Notes: generated by a model not told the origin, from the letters alone. 64,000 nt of DNA from an uncultured Clostridia bacterium (GCA_934757845.1 CAKVLQ010000003.1:43657-107656); one strand, 5' to 3'; shown: positions 9,234 to 18,942, counted from the first letter of the stretch. Program-made: numbers and translations.

Positions 9234-10040
9234 TTAAAGCACTTTTAGTTTTGAAAAATCAATTTTATATGTTTTTTTGATTTTTTTATCAATTCTTTTT
9301 TCTATTAAATTTGCTCTATAAGTTGTAATTTTATAAATTTTTTTATCTTTATAAATTTCATATTCAAGCAAACTTAAAAAATTTTGATATTCTTCATTAT
9401 TTGGGTTGTTTTGTTTAAAAATATAAATCAAATATAACAGATTAACCCATGCATTTTGATTTGCATCAGTTTCACATTTGTTTGTATAACCTTGACAAAA
9501 AAGTTTTTGATTTAGCATCTTTTTAGGCAAGCCAAATTCTTTGATATTTTCTATAAAATCTTCAAGGCAATCTTTTTGCATAAGAGTTTTAAATTCGTTT
9601 AATCTTTGAACGCAGTGTTCACATTCATGAGCAAAATCGGTAAAAACTCGTTTAAGTTTTATGTTTGAGCCTTTCTTTTGATAGTCTATCACAAAATACT
9701 CTTTGTTTAAGGTTATTGTAAGCATTGGTGTATAATAATCATATTCAGCATAAGCATAACAATCGCCAACTACTTTTTCAATTTCTTTTTGGCTTGTCAT
9801 TTTTATTTTAACATCAAAAAGATTTGGGCTTATGCCATTTGTTTCAAAAAGCCAGTTAATATAATATTTTGCAAAGTTCAAAAATTCATCAGGGCACAGA
9901 CTTTTTGCATAACATGAATTTTTCAAAATTTCGTCCATTTTATCTATGTTTTGCTTGCTAACTTTTGGGCTTATTTTTGAAAGTTTGTAAGCACGGGAAA
10001 GTTTTGTTTTTATTGTTTTCATAATAAAATTATAAAGCAT
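9234..10040 (-). CDS. hypothetical protein with HExxHC motif
   Basis: Contains FAHECEHC, the same HExxHC signature as 3792 and 4860. Start codon is uncertain. Confidence 0.5.
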   Translation of the reverse strand: MLYNFIMKTIKTKLSRAYKLSKISPKVSKQNIDKMDEILKNSCYAKSLCPDEFLNFAKYYINWLFETNGISPNLFDVKIKMTSQKEIEKVVGDCYAYAEYDYYTPMLTITLNKEYFVIDYQKKGSNIKLKRVFTDFAHECEHCVQRLNEFKTLMQKDCLEDFIENIKEFGLPKKMLNQKLFCQGYTNKCETDANQNAWVNLLYLIYIFKQNNPNNEEYQNFLSLLEYEIYKDKKIYKITTYRANLIEKRIDKKIKKTYKIDFSKLKVL

Positions 10041-10140
10041 AACACCAATTTAGTCAATAGTGTTTTTTTATTTTGGCTTTAATTTGAGTTAATTCTTTTG
10101 TTTATAAATAAATAACAAAAAAATAAACAAAACTATAATT

Positions 10141-10710
10141 ATGAGCATTTGGGTTTTTTGTTTAATTTTTGGTTTTTTGTTTTTGTTTATTTTGCCCATA
10201 AAATTAAAGGCAAAGGTTAAATATAACATATTAAAAAACAAAGGCAAAATAAAATTCTATTTTTTTAAATGGAATTTTTTAAGTTTTGATTTTAAAATTA
10301 AACGAAAGTATATTATGCTTACAACCAAGAAAGGAAAAAATGTTGTTGTTCCACTTGAATTTGGTCCTGGTGCAAACCTAGAATTTGTTGACTTAACTTT
10401 TTTGCTTTTTGACAAAACTATAATTAACACTTTAAAAATCAATGTTAATTTAGGGGTTCAAAACAATCCATTTTTATCAGCAATGCTTTATGGTCTTGTT
10501 CAAAGTTTATCTTCAATATTCTTGTGCTTTTTAAAAACAAAAAAACTCTCGGTTATTGTGAGTAATAATATAAATCCAGTATATACTAATGATAGTGGCA
10601 TAATAAGCATAAGTTCATCACTCACAGTGTGTTTGATTGATTATTTATGGGCAATTATGCAATATATTTTTAAATTTAAAAAGGTTGGTAAAAAATATGA
10701 AACAAGATGA
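10141..10710 (+). CDS. membrane protein, YtfI-like by position
   Basis: N-terminal TM segment. Overlaps the ytfJ-like gene by 14 nt; the call rests on synteny only. Confidence 0.45.
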   Translation: MSIWVFCLIFGFLFLFILPIKLKAKVKYNILKNKGKIKFYFFKWNFLSFDFKIKRKYIMLTTKKGKNVVVPLEFGPGANLEFVDLTFLLFDKTIINTLKINVNLGVQNNPFLSAMLYGLVQSLSSIFLCFLKTKKLSVIVSNNINPVYTNDSGIISISSSLTVCLIDYLWAIMQYIFKFKKVGKKYETR

Positions 10711-11080
10711 AACTAAAAACAACAAGGTTGAACAAATTATGACCGAAGCAATGAGCAAACTTAAAAGCGTTATTGATGTTAACACCGTGGTGGGTAACCC
10801 CATAACCACATTTGACGGGACAACCATTATTCCAATAAGCAAAGTGAGTGCAGGGTTTATTGCTGGTGGTGGAGAGTTTAATCAAAACAAAGACATGAAA
10901 AAAAATAAAGACCTAGATTTTCCGTTTGCGGGCGGAAGTGGAACTGGGTTTTCGATTAATCCCATTGGCTTTTTGGTTGAAACAAAAAATGGCATAAAAT
11001 TGATTAATATTGATAACAAATCTAGTTATGAAAATATTTTGGAAATTATAAAAAATGTTACTGACAAAATTAATAAATAG
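10697..11080 (+). CDS. ytfJ: sporulation protein YtfJ (GerW family)
   Basis: Contains VVGNPITT.DGTTIIPISKVS.GF.AGGGEF and FAGGSGTGFSI.P.GFLV. Confidence 0.75.
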   Translation: MKQDETKNNKVEQIMTEAMSKLKSVIDVNTVVGNPITTFDGTTIIPISKVSAGFIAGGGEFNQNKDMKKNKDLDFPFAGGSGTGFSINPIGFLVETKNGIKLINIDNKSSYENILEIIKNVTDKINK

Positions 11081-11087
11081 GTGAAAA

Positions 11088-12224
11088 ATGAAAAAATTTG
11101 TATGTTTAATTTTAATATTATGTTCTTTAATAAGTTTTGGATTTATAAAAACCCCGAAGACCGAAGTTTTTGCCGAAAATTTTTGCAAAGCAAGTGTTGT
11201 GATTGAAAAAAACTCAAAGCGAGTTTTAAGTGAACACAACAAAGACGATAGGCTTGCCATGGCTTCAACCACAAAAATTATGACCGCATTGGTAGTTTTG
11301 GATAATTGCACAAATTTGCAAGAAGAAGTTTTGGTTGATGATAGGGCGGTTGGAATTGAAGGCACAAGTATTTATCTTAAAAAAGGCGAAATATTAACCG
11401 TTGAAGAATTGTTATATGGTTTAATTCTTCCGTCTGGAAATGATGCTGCGATGGCACTAGCATATTATGCTGGCAAAGGAAATTTGCAAACATTTGTTGA
11501 TATGATGAACGCAAAAGCTGATGAACTTAACCTTAAAAACACACATTTTGACAACCCTCATGGGCTTGATAGCGAAACGCATTACACAAGTGCCTATGAC
11601 CTTGCGATAATAACAAGCACTGCAATGCAAAACCAAACATTCCGTGAAATTGTTTCAACAAAAATAAAACAAATTAGGGGAAACAGCGAAGCCGTCCATA
11701 GATTTTTGCGAAACAAACAAAGGTTATTAAAAACTTTAGATGGTTGCAATGGTGTTAAAAGCGGGTTTACTGATAACGCTGGAAGATGTTTGGTAACAAG
11801 TTGCGATAGAGAAGGAATGGAAGTTATTTGCGTTGTTTTGAATTGCCCAAATATGTTTGAAGAAAGTGCAAGATTAACCAACGATGCTTATGACAATTTT
11901 GAACTTGAAACTATTGTTGAACCTTATTATTATATATCTAACATAAAAGTTGAAAATGGAACAAAAGAAGATGTTAAAGTATATTCTATGAAAGGCTTTA
12001 AATATCCGCTTAAAAAAGATGAAAAAACAAAAATAAATATTGAAACTACTCTTGAAGAGATTTTAACAGCGCCTGTTCAAAAAGAACAAATTTGTGGAAA
12101 ACTTAATGTCTATTTTGAAAACAATTTAGTATTTTCAGAAGACATTTACACAATGGAAAGCGTTGAAAGCAAAGACATTACAGACAAAGTTAAAGATATT
12201 ATTGACCAGTGGTTTTATGATTAA
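11088..12224 (+). CDS. D-alanyl-D-alanine carboxypeptidase (PBP5/DacB/DacF-like)
   Basis: Signal peptide, then SxxK (ASTTK), SxN (SGND) and KSG (KSGFT) motifs. Confidence 0.85.
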   Translation: MKKFVCLILILCSLISFGFIKTPKTEVFAENFCKASVVIEKNSKRVLSEHNKDDRLAMASTTKIMTALVVLDNCTNLQEEVLVDDRAVGIEGTSIYLKKGEILTVEELLYGLILPSGNDAAMALAYYAGKGNLQTFVDMMNAKADELNLKNTHFDNPHGLDSETHYTSAYDLAIITSTAMQNQTFREIVSTKIKQIRGNSEAVHRFLRNKQRLLKTLDGCNGVKSGFTDNAGRCLVTSCDREGMEVICVVLNCPNMFEESARLTNDAYDNFELETIVEPYYYISNIKVENGTKEDVKVYSMKGFKYPLKKDEKTKINIETTLEEILTAPVQKEQICGKLNVYFENNLVFSEDIYTMESVESKDITDKVKDIIDQWFYD

Positions 12225-12227
12225 TTG

Positions 12228-12249
12228 AAGGTGCTTTAAGCACCTTTTT
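12228..12249 (+). terminator. rho-independent terminator
   Basis: AAGGTGCT-tta-AGCACCTT stem plus a T-run. Confidence 0.6.
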
Positions 12250-12380
12250 CTTTGAAAAGATAAATAGTTTTAAAACAAATTCTCAAAAAAATATTTATTT
12301 AGTTTTCATTATTATTTAAGTTTTTTTATAATTTGTTTTTTTTATTGCAAAAGTTTTCAAAATAGTGTAAAATAAATTTT

Positions 12381-13082
12381 ATGAGAATAAACAAATATAT
12401 TGCATCAAGCGGAGTTTGTTCAAGGCGAAAGGCTGACGAACTAATTAAACAAGGGAAAGTTAAAGTTAATAACAAAATTGTTATAAATTTGGGCGATGAT
12501 ATATCGCCTAATGACAAAGTTGAAGTTTTGGGAAATGTTATTTCAATAAATCAAAATTTGGTTTATTTTTTGCTTAACAAACCAAAAGGAGTTATTTGTT
12601 CGGCTAGTGATGAAAAGGGCAGAAAAACCGTTCTTGACATTGTTAAAACAAACGAGAGAATATACCCAATAGGCAGGCTTGACTATGATAGTGAAGGTTT
12701 GATTTTGCTAACAAATGACGGAGAACTTTCATATAAACTAACGCACCCAAAAATGCAAATTCCAAAAACTTATGTTGTTAAAATAAAGGGCGACATAAAA
12801 GAAAGCGAACTTGCAGTTTTGCGAAATGGTGTTAAAATTGAAAATGTAAAATATAATAAATGCAAAATTAAGGTTTTGAGCAAAGATGCAACAAATACAA
12901 AACTTGAAATTGTGTTAACCGAAGGCAAAAACCGAGAAATTAGAAAAATGTTTGAGTTTATTGGAAAAGAAATAACGCTTCTTAAACGAACAAAAATTGC
13001 CGACCTTAAACTTGGAAGTTTGGATAGGGGAGAATATAGACCGCTTAAAGATTTTGAAATTGAGTATTTGAAATCACTATAA
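12381..13082 (+). CDS. rluB: pseudouridine synthase, RsuA/RluB family
   Basis: N-terminal S4 domain (RINKYIA..G.CSRR.A..LI) and the catalytic GRLDYDSEGL motif. Confidence 0.8.
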   Translation: MRINKYIASSGVCSRRKADELIKQGKVKVNNKIVINLGDDISPNDKVEVLGNVISINQNLVYFLLNKPKGVICSASDEKGRKTVLDIVKTNERIYPIGRLDYDSEGLILLTNDGELSYKLTHPKMQIPKTYVVKIKGDIKESELAVLRNGVKIENVKYNKCKIKVLSKDATNTKLEIVLTEGKNREIRKMFEFIGKEITLLKRTKIADLKLGSLDRGEYRPLKDFEIEYLKSL

Positions 13083-13258
13083 AAATTAGGAAATTATTTT
13101 TATTTATAAATTATTTAGTCAAATTAAATTTAAAAAAATAGTAATAAAAATAGGGTAAAAATTGATAAAAATAAAAAGATAAAAATTTTTTAAAATATTT
13201 TGAAAAAATCGTTGACAAAGTTTTTAAAATATTATATCATAAATAAGTCAATTAACTT

Positions 13259-13334
13259 CGGGGTGTAGCGCAGTTGGTAGCGCACGTGGTTTGGGACCAT
13301 GGGGCCGGGAGTTCGAGTCTCTTCACCCCGACCA
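13259..13334 (+). tRNA. tRNA-Pro (TGG)
   Basis: Cloverleaf folded by hand; anticodon loop TTTGGGA; CCA encoded. Confidence 0.85.
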
Positions 13335-13362
13335 AAGTTTAATTGATAGCCAACAGCTTCTT

Positions 13363-13439
13363 GGACCTTTAGCTCAGTTGGTTAGAGCAACCGGCTCATA
13401 ACCGGTCGGTCCGCGGTTCAAGTCCGTGAAGGTCCACCA
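13363..13439 (+). tRNA. tRNA with CAT anticodon (elongator Met or lysidine-modified Ile2)
   Basis: Anticodon loop CTCATAA. GGACC... acceptor stem and a GGTTCAAGTCC T-arm resemble ileX-type tRNAs. Identity is unresolved. Confidence 0.75.
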
Positions 13440-13443
13440 ATTT

Positions 13444-13520
13444 GGCTTGGTAGTTCAGCTGGTTAGAACGCCGCCCTGTCACGGCGGAGGTCGTGGGTTC
13501 GAGTCCCATCCGAGTCGCCA
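13444..13520 (+). tRNA. tRNA-Asp (GTC)
   Basis: Anticodon loop CTGTCAC; CCA encoded. Confidence 0.85.
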
Positions 13521-13524
13521 AATT

Positions 13525-13600
<76 letters not shown>

Positions 13601-13610
13601 CATGATTTTA

Positions 13611-13647
13611 TGCAATCCCTTATAAATAAAGGGGTTGCAGTTTTTTT
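13611..13647 (+). terminator. element-encoded terminator replacing the native tRNA-operon terminator
   Basis: TGCAATCCCTT-ataaata-AAGGGGTTGCA stem followed by a T7 run. Confidence 0.6.
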
Positions 13648-13700
13648 ATAATTTTAGAAAAATGACCCAAAAATGGTTAAAATCTAAAATTAGGAAAATT

Positions 13701-13723
13701 TTTGGTATCAATTTTGGTATCAA
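13701..13723 (+). repeat. tandem arm-type repeats TTTGGTATCAA x2 (12-nt period)
   Basis: Copies at 13701-13711 and 13713-13723, between attL and the integrase 3' end. Related to the repeats at 32374-32396. Confidence 0.6.
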
Positions 13724-13750
13724 AAAACTAATGTTTAAATATAATTATAT

Positions 13751-14719
13751 TTAATTTTTTTCAAAATAAAATCCATTATATAATTTTTTTATTTTTTCTT
13801 TATTTGAAGTCTTATCTATATCTGTATATGTGTCCAAAGTGATTTTTATTGAAGAATGGCCCATCCAATCTTGAACAAATTTAGCATTAGTTCCTAAAGT
13901 AAAGTGATTTGTAGCGAATGTATGTCTTAATTTATATAGCAATGGTTTTACATTTATTTCATTGCAAATGTTAGTAAATTCTTTTTTTATATCTTTTACT
14001 TTTTTTATTTTGTGGTTAATAATATATGGTTTTAAATATATAGCAAATTTATTGCTTATTTCAACAACTCTATATTTAGATTTTTCTGTTTTTGTGCCAT
14101 TTATAACTACGAGATTGTTTTTAAAATCAAAATTGTTATTTTGAGGCAATTCATTTGGTCTGCATCCCGTTAGTAAATAAATATAAATTTCATGTTCAAT
14201 ATTTGAACCTTTTATTGCGTTTAATATTTTTTCTTGTTCTTCATAATTGTAGCAATTATTTTTGCATTTTAATTTTGGTTCTTTAACAATAACTTTGAAA
14301 GGGTTTCTTTCGATAAGTCCTAAGTCGAAAGCTTTTTGAAGAAGAGCATTAAAATAGAGTTGTATTTTTTCTTTCCAGCGACTTTTTTGATAAGTATTTA
14401 AAAATTGTTGTATATTTTCAGGTTTTAGTTCTGTTAATAGGACTTTTCCTAATTTGTTATTGATGTTTTTAATGGTTCTTGAACATTCAGAATATGTCTT
14501 TTGTGAAATAAATGGTTTTTTATAAATTTCTAACCATTCTTCATCCCATGCTTGTAAAGTGTAAATTTTCTTTTTTTCTGTATTTAAAATGTTCTTTTTA
14601 ATTTTTGTATAAATTTTTTGTGCTTCTTTTAACGTTTTAGCATATTTTATAGTTCTTATTCCGTTTAAAGTTTTGCGAATAACATATCTGCCATCTTTCC
14701 TTAAAGTTATTCCTTTCAT
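13751..14719 (-). CDS. int: tyrosine recombinase / phage-type integrase
   Basis: C-terminal LRHTFAT...GHSSIKITLDTYTD (R-H-R-Y box II). AAGGAG RBS before ATG 14719; the track start 14851 lies further upstream. Confidence 0.85.
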   Translation of the reverse strand: MKGITLRKDGRYVIRKTLNGIRTIKYAKTLKEAQKIYTKIKKNILNTEKKKIYTLQAWDEEWLEIYKKPFISQKTYSECSRTIKNINNKLGKVLLTELKPENIQQFLNTYQKSRWKEKIQLYFNALLQKAFDLGLIERNPFKVIVKEPKLKCKNNCYNYEEQEKILNAIKGSNIEHEIYIYLLTGCRPNELPQNNNFDFKNNLVVINGTKTEKSKYRVVEISNKFAIYLKPYIINHKIKKVKDIKKEFTNICNEINVKPLLYKLRHTFATNHFTLGTNAKFVQDWMGHSSIKITLDTYTDIDKTSNKEKIKKLYNGFYFEKN

Positions 14720-14989
14720 GTTAATATCTCCTTGTATTAATTTAGGATTAACTTCAGATTTGATATCATTTTGACAGTTTATTAAACTTTCACACAAACT
14801 TTCAACATGGCCAAGATTGTAATATAATTGGCTAATGAAAGCAGTGAACATTGTTTTAGAGTTTTCATCTAAATTGTAATTATTTGAAAAATAGTCCTTT
14901 AGTGTATTAAAATTATTAATTAACGAACCATAGTCTGTTTAAATTTTTTTTATATATTCATTTGTGTAAATCATAATTTAAACTTCCTT

Positions 14990-15661
14990 TTAATTATATT
15001 TTTTTAAACTTCTCATTAAAATATCGTTAATGTTATCAATATCTTTATCATAAATTGTAATTATATTTAATGACTTATTTTTGTAGTCTTTCATTTTGTT
15101 TTTTGAGTGCTCTTGATAGTTTTTATCGTTGAGCCCATAGTATTCAATATAGACTTTTTGTTTTGGTAAGTAAAAGTCTGGTAAATATTCTTTATCATCT
15201 AAAAATAGTGTTCTTTCATATTCATGTTTAACATCGTTTTCATATAACCAATCGTCAATAATTTTTTCGGCTCTTGATCTTACATAATGACCATCATTAC
15301 ATCTAATATTTGCTGGCCATTTTTTTCTTGTGTCGTGATTTAGACATTCAAATAATGTTAATTTTTTTATTAAATTAAATTCTTGAATTATTCTGTCATG
15401 ACTATAGTAATTTTCTTTATTTGTTTGTATATTTCTTGAAAATTCCATCATTGATAATAAATTTAAATAGTCTTGATTGTTATTTGATTTGTTTAATATA
15501 ATATTGTTCTCTAAATTTAAAATCATTTTAAAAATGTTTAATTGTAAATTTTTTTGATTATTTTCTAATTTCTTGATAATGTCTTCTTTTTCATGATTAT
15601 GTTCTTCACACAGTCTGTAATTAGATGAAATTTGTCTATTGCAAATTAAACAATTCATCAT
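14990..15661 (-). CDS. zinc-finger plus PD-(D/E)xK-like nuclease-fold protein
   Basis: N-terminal CLIC...C..H. C-terminal RS.AE..I.DWL......HEYE...PDFYL....VYIEYYG pattern typical of restriction-endonuclease-like folds. Confidence 0.45.
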   Translation of the reverse strand: MMNCLICNRQISSNYRLCEEHNHEKEDIIKKLENNQKNLQLNIFKMILNLENNIILNKSNNNQDYLNLLSMMEFSRNIQTNKENYYSHDRIIQEFNLIKKLTLFECLNHDTRKKWPANIRCNDGHYVRSRAEKIIDDWLYENDVKHEYERTLFLDDKEYLPDFYLPKQKVYIEYYGLNDKNYQEHSKNKMKDYKNKSLNIITIYDKDIDNINDILMRSLKKYN

Positions 15662-15666
15662 TCCTC

Positions 15667-15996
15667 CTAATTAATTTGAATTTTATATTGTTCTTGATAG
15701 CTTTCAAGTTTTGCATACATGTAATAGAAAATTTCTATTGGTAGTTTAAGCAAAATTTGAATAGCTTTTTTTTGGTCTTGCGAAAGTGGTGGCAAGGTTA
15801 ATTGATACGGTGGATTAAAATCGCAAAGATAATCTAAACTTGTTTGATAATAATCAGCAAGTTTTTTTAATGTTTCTATGTCTGGCATATTGGCTTTTTG
15901 TTCATAAGCACTGTAAGTTGTTCTAGCAATTTTTAAATAATTTGCTACATCTTTTTGCGTTTGGTTGTTTTTTTTACGCAATTCTAATAGTTTCAT
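15667..15996 (-). CDS. XRE-family HTH repressor (cI-like)
   Basis: LRKKNNQTQKDVANYLKIARTTYSAYE HTH; divergent from the rightward small-gene operon. Confidence 0.75.
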   Translation of the reverse strand: MKLLELRKKNNQTQKDVANYLKIARTTYSAYEQKANMPDIETLKKLADYYQTSLDYLCDFNPPYQLTLPPLSQDQKKAIQILLKLPIEIFYYMYAKLESYQEQYKIQIN

Positions 15997-16068
15997 TTTT
16001 TATTGACCTCCTTTTCTATAAGATTATAAAAAAAAATAAAAAAAAGTCAAAAAATATGTAATTTTTGC

Positions 16069-16124
16069 TTGACAAAGTCGTATATCATGTAGTATCCTTA
16101 TAAAAATGACATAAATCATGTAGT
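16069..16124 (+). promoter_or_regulatory. rightward early promoter with two ATCATGTAGT repeats (candidate operators)
   Basis: TTGACA 16069-16074. 10-nt direct repeats at 16084-16093 and 16115-16124, 31 nt apart. Confidence 0.45.
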
Positions 16125-16261
16125 TTTAACAAATGTAAAAAGGTGAGGTCTTATGTTAGAAATTGATATTGAAAAGTTAGACAATTTTCAAAAGGAGAAA
16201 ATTAAAAAATCTTGTTAAAAAGAATTATGATTTAATTTCCAAAATTTTAAATTTTTCTTAT

Positions 16262-16537
16262 TTGGATGGAACGATATTAAAATCTAAAGAACATTTGAAT
16301 TTGGATGATGTAAATGTTGCCATAAAGTTATTGCAAGTTTGTGATGTTGATAGTTTTAAAACAAGATTAGAAGTAAAATGCCGACAATATATAGTTTTTA
16401 TGGAATCGTTAAATTATTTTGTTAAATCAATAATCTCAGACAATGAAATTTATGATTTTGATGATAAACTTTTAGATTTAATTTCAAATGATTTGTTAAA
16501 TAAGGGAGGATTAAAAAATGACAAACGAACAAATTAA
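16262..16537 (+). CDS. hypothetical protein
   Basis: ORF with TTG start, first gene of the rightward operon. Confidence 0.4.
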   Translation: MDGTILKSKEHLNLDDVNVAIKLLQVCDVDSFKTRLEVKCRQYIVFMESLNYFVKSIISDNEIYDFDDKLLDLISNDLLNKGGLKNDKRTN

Positions 16538-16865
16538 AAAATATTTAAATCAAAGATATGATGAAAGGGTTGCCGATTTACTTTTTATATATGTAAGTAA
16601 TGATAGTAGATTAACTCCACGAATGTATCAAACGCTAGAAAGTTGTGGCAAGAAATATATTAAAAAAGGAAATTTTGATATTTATCAATTTACTCAAGTG
16701 GCAAAATATGAGATTGATAGAATGTTGAGTGATAGATATTTTAGAAAGGAATACTATGATTTGCCATCAAGAATTGACTTACCGACTAGATATTATGTGG
16801 CATCTAGAATTGCTGAATATGTTGCATACGATTATTTAAATTTGAATGTAAAGTGGGAGGATTAA
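16518..16865 (+). CDS. hypothetical protein
   Basis: GGGAGG RBS; overlaps the upstream ORF. Confidence 0.5.
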   Translation: MTNEQIKKYLNQRYDERVADLLFIYVSNDSRLTPRMYQTLESCGKKYIKKGNFDIYQFTQVAKYEIDRMLSDRYFRKEYYDLPSRIDLPTRYYVASRIAEYVAYDYLNLNVKWED

Positions 16866-16867
16866 AA

Positions 16868-17308
16868 ATGTTAATTGAACAGGTGAAAATTATAGCAGAA
16901 GAGGTTCGTTCTAATTTGCATATTAGAATTGCAAATTATGGATGTAAATATAATTCTGGTGTTTTGGTAATTGATTTTGACCAACCTTATGGTGGTGATA
17001 TTAACACTGTAGATAGATATTTAAAACGAAAAGGTTATAAAACAAAAATTGTATCTTCTAGAAGGATTGAATTTGAAGAAACAGTGTCTCAATATATTCC
17101 TTTATATAAAAAGGGTGATGTATTTTACAAAGATAATTATAAATACAAAATTTTAGGGACTGAAGAATGTATTGCAAATTTTCAAACGGGAAGGAAAGAG
17201 TTAAATTACAGAATTAAAGATAATGTTCGTTCTCAATCTTATACTTTTCCCTGTTGGTATTTAGAAAAGATTAATGAAAAATACGGTTATGTAAAAAAGG
17301 CGAAATAG
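16868..17308 (+). CDS. hypothetical protein
   Basis: GGGAGG RBS then ATG 16868. Confidence 0.5.
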   Translation: MLIEQVKIIAEEVRSNLHIRIANYGCKYNSGVLVIDFDQPYGGDINTVDRYLKRKGYKTKIVSSRRIEFEETVSQYIPLYKKGDVFYKDNYKYKILGTEECIANFQTGRKELNYRIKDNVRSQSYTFPCWYLEKINEKYGYVKKAK

Positions 17309-17310
17309 TT

Positions 17311-17589
17311 ATGAAAAATATTTATCGAGTAGTTATAGAAGAAAAAGAATTAAAACACTTTGAATATCACGAAAGAAATTCAAGTGTTACATATTGGCAG
17401 AAATACGCCAAAAATCAAGAGAATGCAGGGTTTTTTGTTGAGATGCAATTTGAGTATAGCACTGATTCTAAAGAGTTAAGGTTGTTGAAATATGAATCTT
17501 ATAACAGAAAAACTTTCGTTAGAGAAACAGTTTATCTAATAAAGAATAAAGAGCAATTAGCTAGATTAAAAAATAACACTAAAAAATAG
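17311..17589 (+). CDS. small protein, family A copy 1 (HFE..SSV.YWQ motif)
   Basis: Paralogous to 18218-18454 and 19720-20001. Confidence 0.55.
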   Translation: MKNIYRVVIEEKELKHFEYHERNSSVTYWQKYAKNQENAGFFVEMQFEYSTDSKELRLLKYESYNRKTFVRETVYLIKNKEQLARLKNNTKK

Positions 17590-17761
17590 TGTTATCTGTT
17601 AATTTTTCAATTAAGTTTAATTCAAGCATGTCATAAGCTTCTTTGATTTGTTTAATAGCTTCAGTTGAGAGGTGTTCATCTATAAGCCTTTGTTCTAGAA
17701 GGTATTTTAAACTATACTTGCAATCAAACTTGATTATTTCGGTAATTTGCTCATTATTCAT
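17579..17761 (-). CDS. small helical protein, family B copy 1
   Basis: IKF.C..S.KYLLE..L....LS..AI..IK motif shared with 18457-18633. Its 3' end overlaps 17311-17589 by 11 nt. Confidence 0.55.
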   Translation of the reverse strand: MNNEQITEIIKFDCKYSLKYLLEQRLIDEHLSTEAIKQIKEAYDMLELNLIEKLTDNTIF

Positions 17762-17836
17762 AAATTGCTCCTTAAATATTAATTTTTGATTAGTATAGCA
17801 AAATTTTAGAAATAAGGCAAATAAAAGGATAACAAA

Positions 17837-18046
17837 ATGAAATCAAAATCAAATTATGTAGTAATTGTTAATGCATGGAGATACAGCAAAAAATACTATT
17901 TCAAAAATTCAACTTCTGCTTATAACTTTTATTTAAAAAATAAAGAGAAATTTGAATGTTCAATTATTTGTAAAAATGAAATACAAACACATAAGCAGTT
18001 AAGTATGTTTTCAAATGAAATTAAAGAAAGGGAGGAAAAGTCATGA
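17837..18046 (+). CDS. small protein, family C copy 1
   Basis: Loose Y.V....(K/R)YY(F/T)...(S/K)A..(F/Y) pattern shared with 18043 and 19998. Confidence 0.45.
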   Translation: MKSKSNYVVIVNAWRYSKKYYFKNSTSAYNFYLKNKEKFECSIICKNEIQTHKQLSMFSNEIKEREEKS

Positions 18047-18207
18047 TAAGAGATAGTGAAATTTCAGTAGAAAAAACTTATTCAGGTGCAATCGTTATTT
18101 CAATGATTGTAAATGGAGTTTTAGAAACTAGAAGATATTTTTATGTTTCTGTCACCGAGGCAAAAAAACGTTTCAAAAATGAAATGGAAAATTTAATGAA
18201 TAGATAG
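18043..18207 (+). CDS. small protein, family C copy 2 (54 aa, below track cutoff)
   Basis: ATGA overlap with the upstream stop; GGGAGG RBS. Confidence 0.4.
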   Translation: MIRDSEISVEKTYSGAIVISMIVNGVLETRRYFYVSVTEAKKRFKNEMENLMNR

Positions 18208-18217
18208 GTAGGAATTT

Positions 18218-18454
18218 ATGAAAAGAGATTATAGATTAGTTTCTTGTATAAAAGGAACAAAACATTTTGAAAAACTTCATTATGGTTCTTCAGTAGAGTG
18301 TTGGCAAGAAAAAGTAAAAAAAGATGAAGCAGATGGCTGTGTTGTGAGAGTTAATTATGAATATAACGAAATTTTCAGAGAAGTTGTTATGACAAAATAT
18401 TATAGTTTTAATCCAAAAACAAAAATATCCGTTCTAATAACTTTACAAAAATAA
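18218..18454 (+). CDS. small protein, family A copy 2
   Basis: Contains KHFEKLHYGSSVECWQEK; GGTAGG RBS. Confidence 0.55.
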   Translation: MKRDYRLVSCIKGTKHFEKLHYGSSVECWQEKVKKDEADGCVVRVNYEYNEIFREVVMTKYYSFNPKTKISVLITLQK

Positions 18455-18456
18455 CG

Positions 18457-18633
18457 CTAATTAGCGTTATTAATTGAAGAAATCAAATTTTGTTTTAGGT
18501 TTTGAAAACTATCTTTAATGGTTTGGATGGCTTTTTGTGATAAGTTTTCATTTTGCAAGTGAAGTTCTAAAAGATATTTTTCACTTTCATCACAATGAAA
18601 TTTGATTTGATTAATAAGGTCTTGTTTATTCAT
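18457..18633 (-). CDS. small helical protein, family B copy 2 (58 aa, below track cutoff)
   Basis: Translated by hand: MNKQDLINQIKFHCDESEKYLLELHLQNENLSQKAIQTIKDSF... GGAG RBS. Stop lies inside the palindrome AACGCTAATTAGCGTT shared with 18218-18454. Confidence 0.5.
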   Translation of the reverse strand: MNKQDLINQIKFHCDESEKYLLELHLQNENLSQKAIQTIKDSFQNLKQNLISSINNAN

Positions 18634-18712
18634 TATATATACTCCTTAATTAATTTTTTAGTAGTATATCAAAAAATAAATAAAAAAACAAACAAAAAAA
18701 GGAAGGTAAAAA

Positions 18713-18940
18713 ATGAAAATAAATTCAAAAGAGTTAGGTAAAACAGAAGAAGGCTGGGATATAAAAGTTGTTACAAATGAAGATAACGGAAAGGTTACAT
18801 ATATTGGATATTTTGAAATAGGTCCAACAAAACCACCTGTAATGTTTTATTCTGAGCATTTAGAAGAATTAAAAGAAAAGATTAGTAAGTCAAAACATAA
18901 TATTAAAAACAAAAAAATGTTGTTTAGTTTTGCGAGGTAA
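18713..18940 (+). CDS. hypothetical protein
   Basis: AGGAAGG RBS. Confidence 0.45.
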   Translation: MKINSKELGKTEEGWDIKVVTNEDNGKVTYIGYFEIGPTKPPVMFYSEHLEELKEKISKSKHNIKNKKMLFSFAR

Positions 18941-18942
18941 AG

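Noticed and set aside
13363-13439. Calling the CAT-anticodon tRNA an initiator tRNA-fMet
   Set aside because: The acceptor stem starts with a paired G1-C72, and the anticodon stem lacks the three consecutive G-C pairs typical of initiators. Elongator Met versus Ile2 cannot be resolved by eye.
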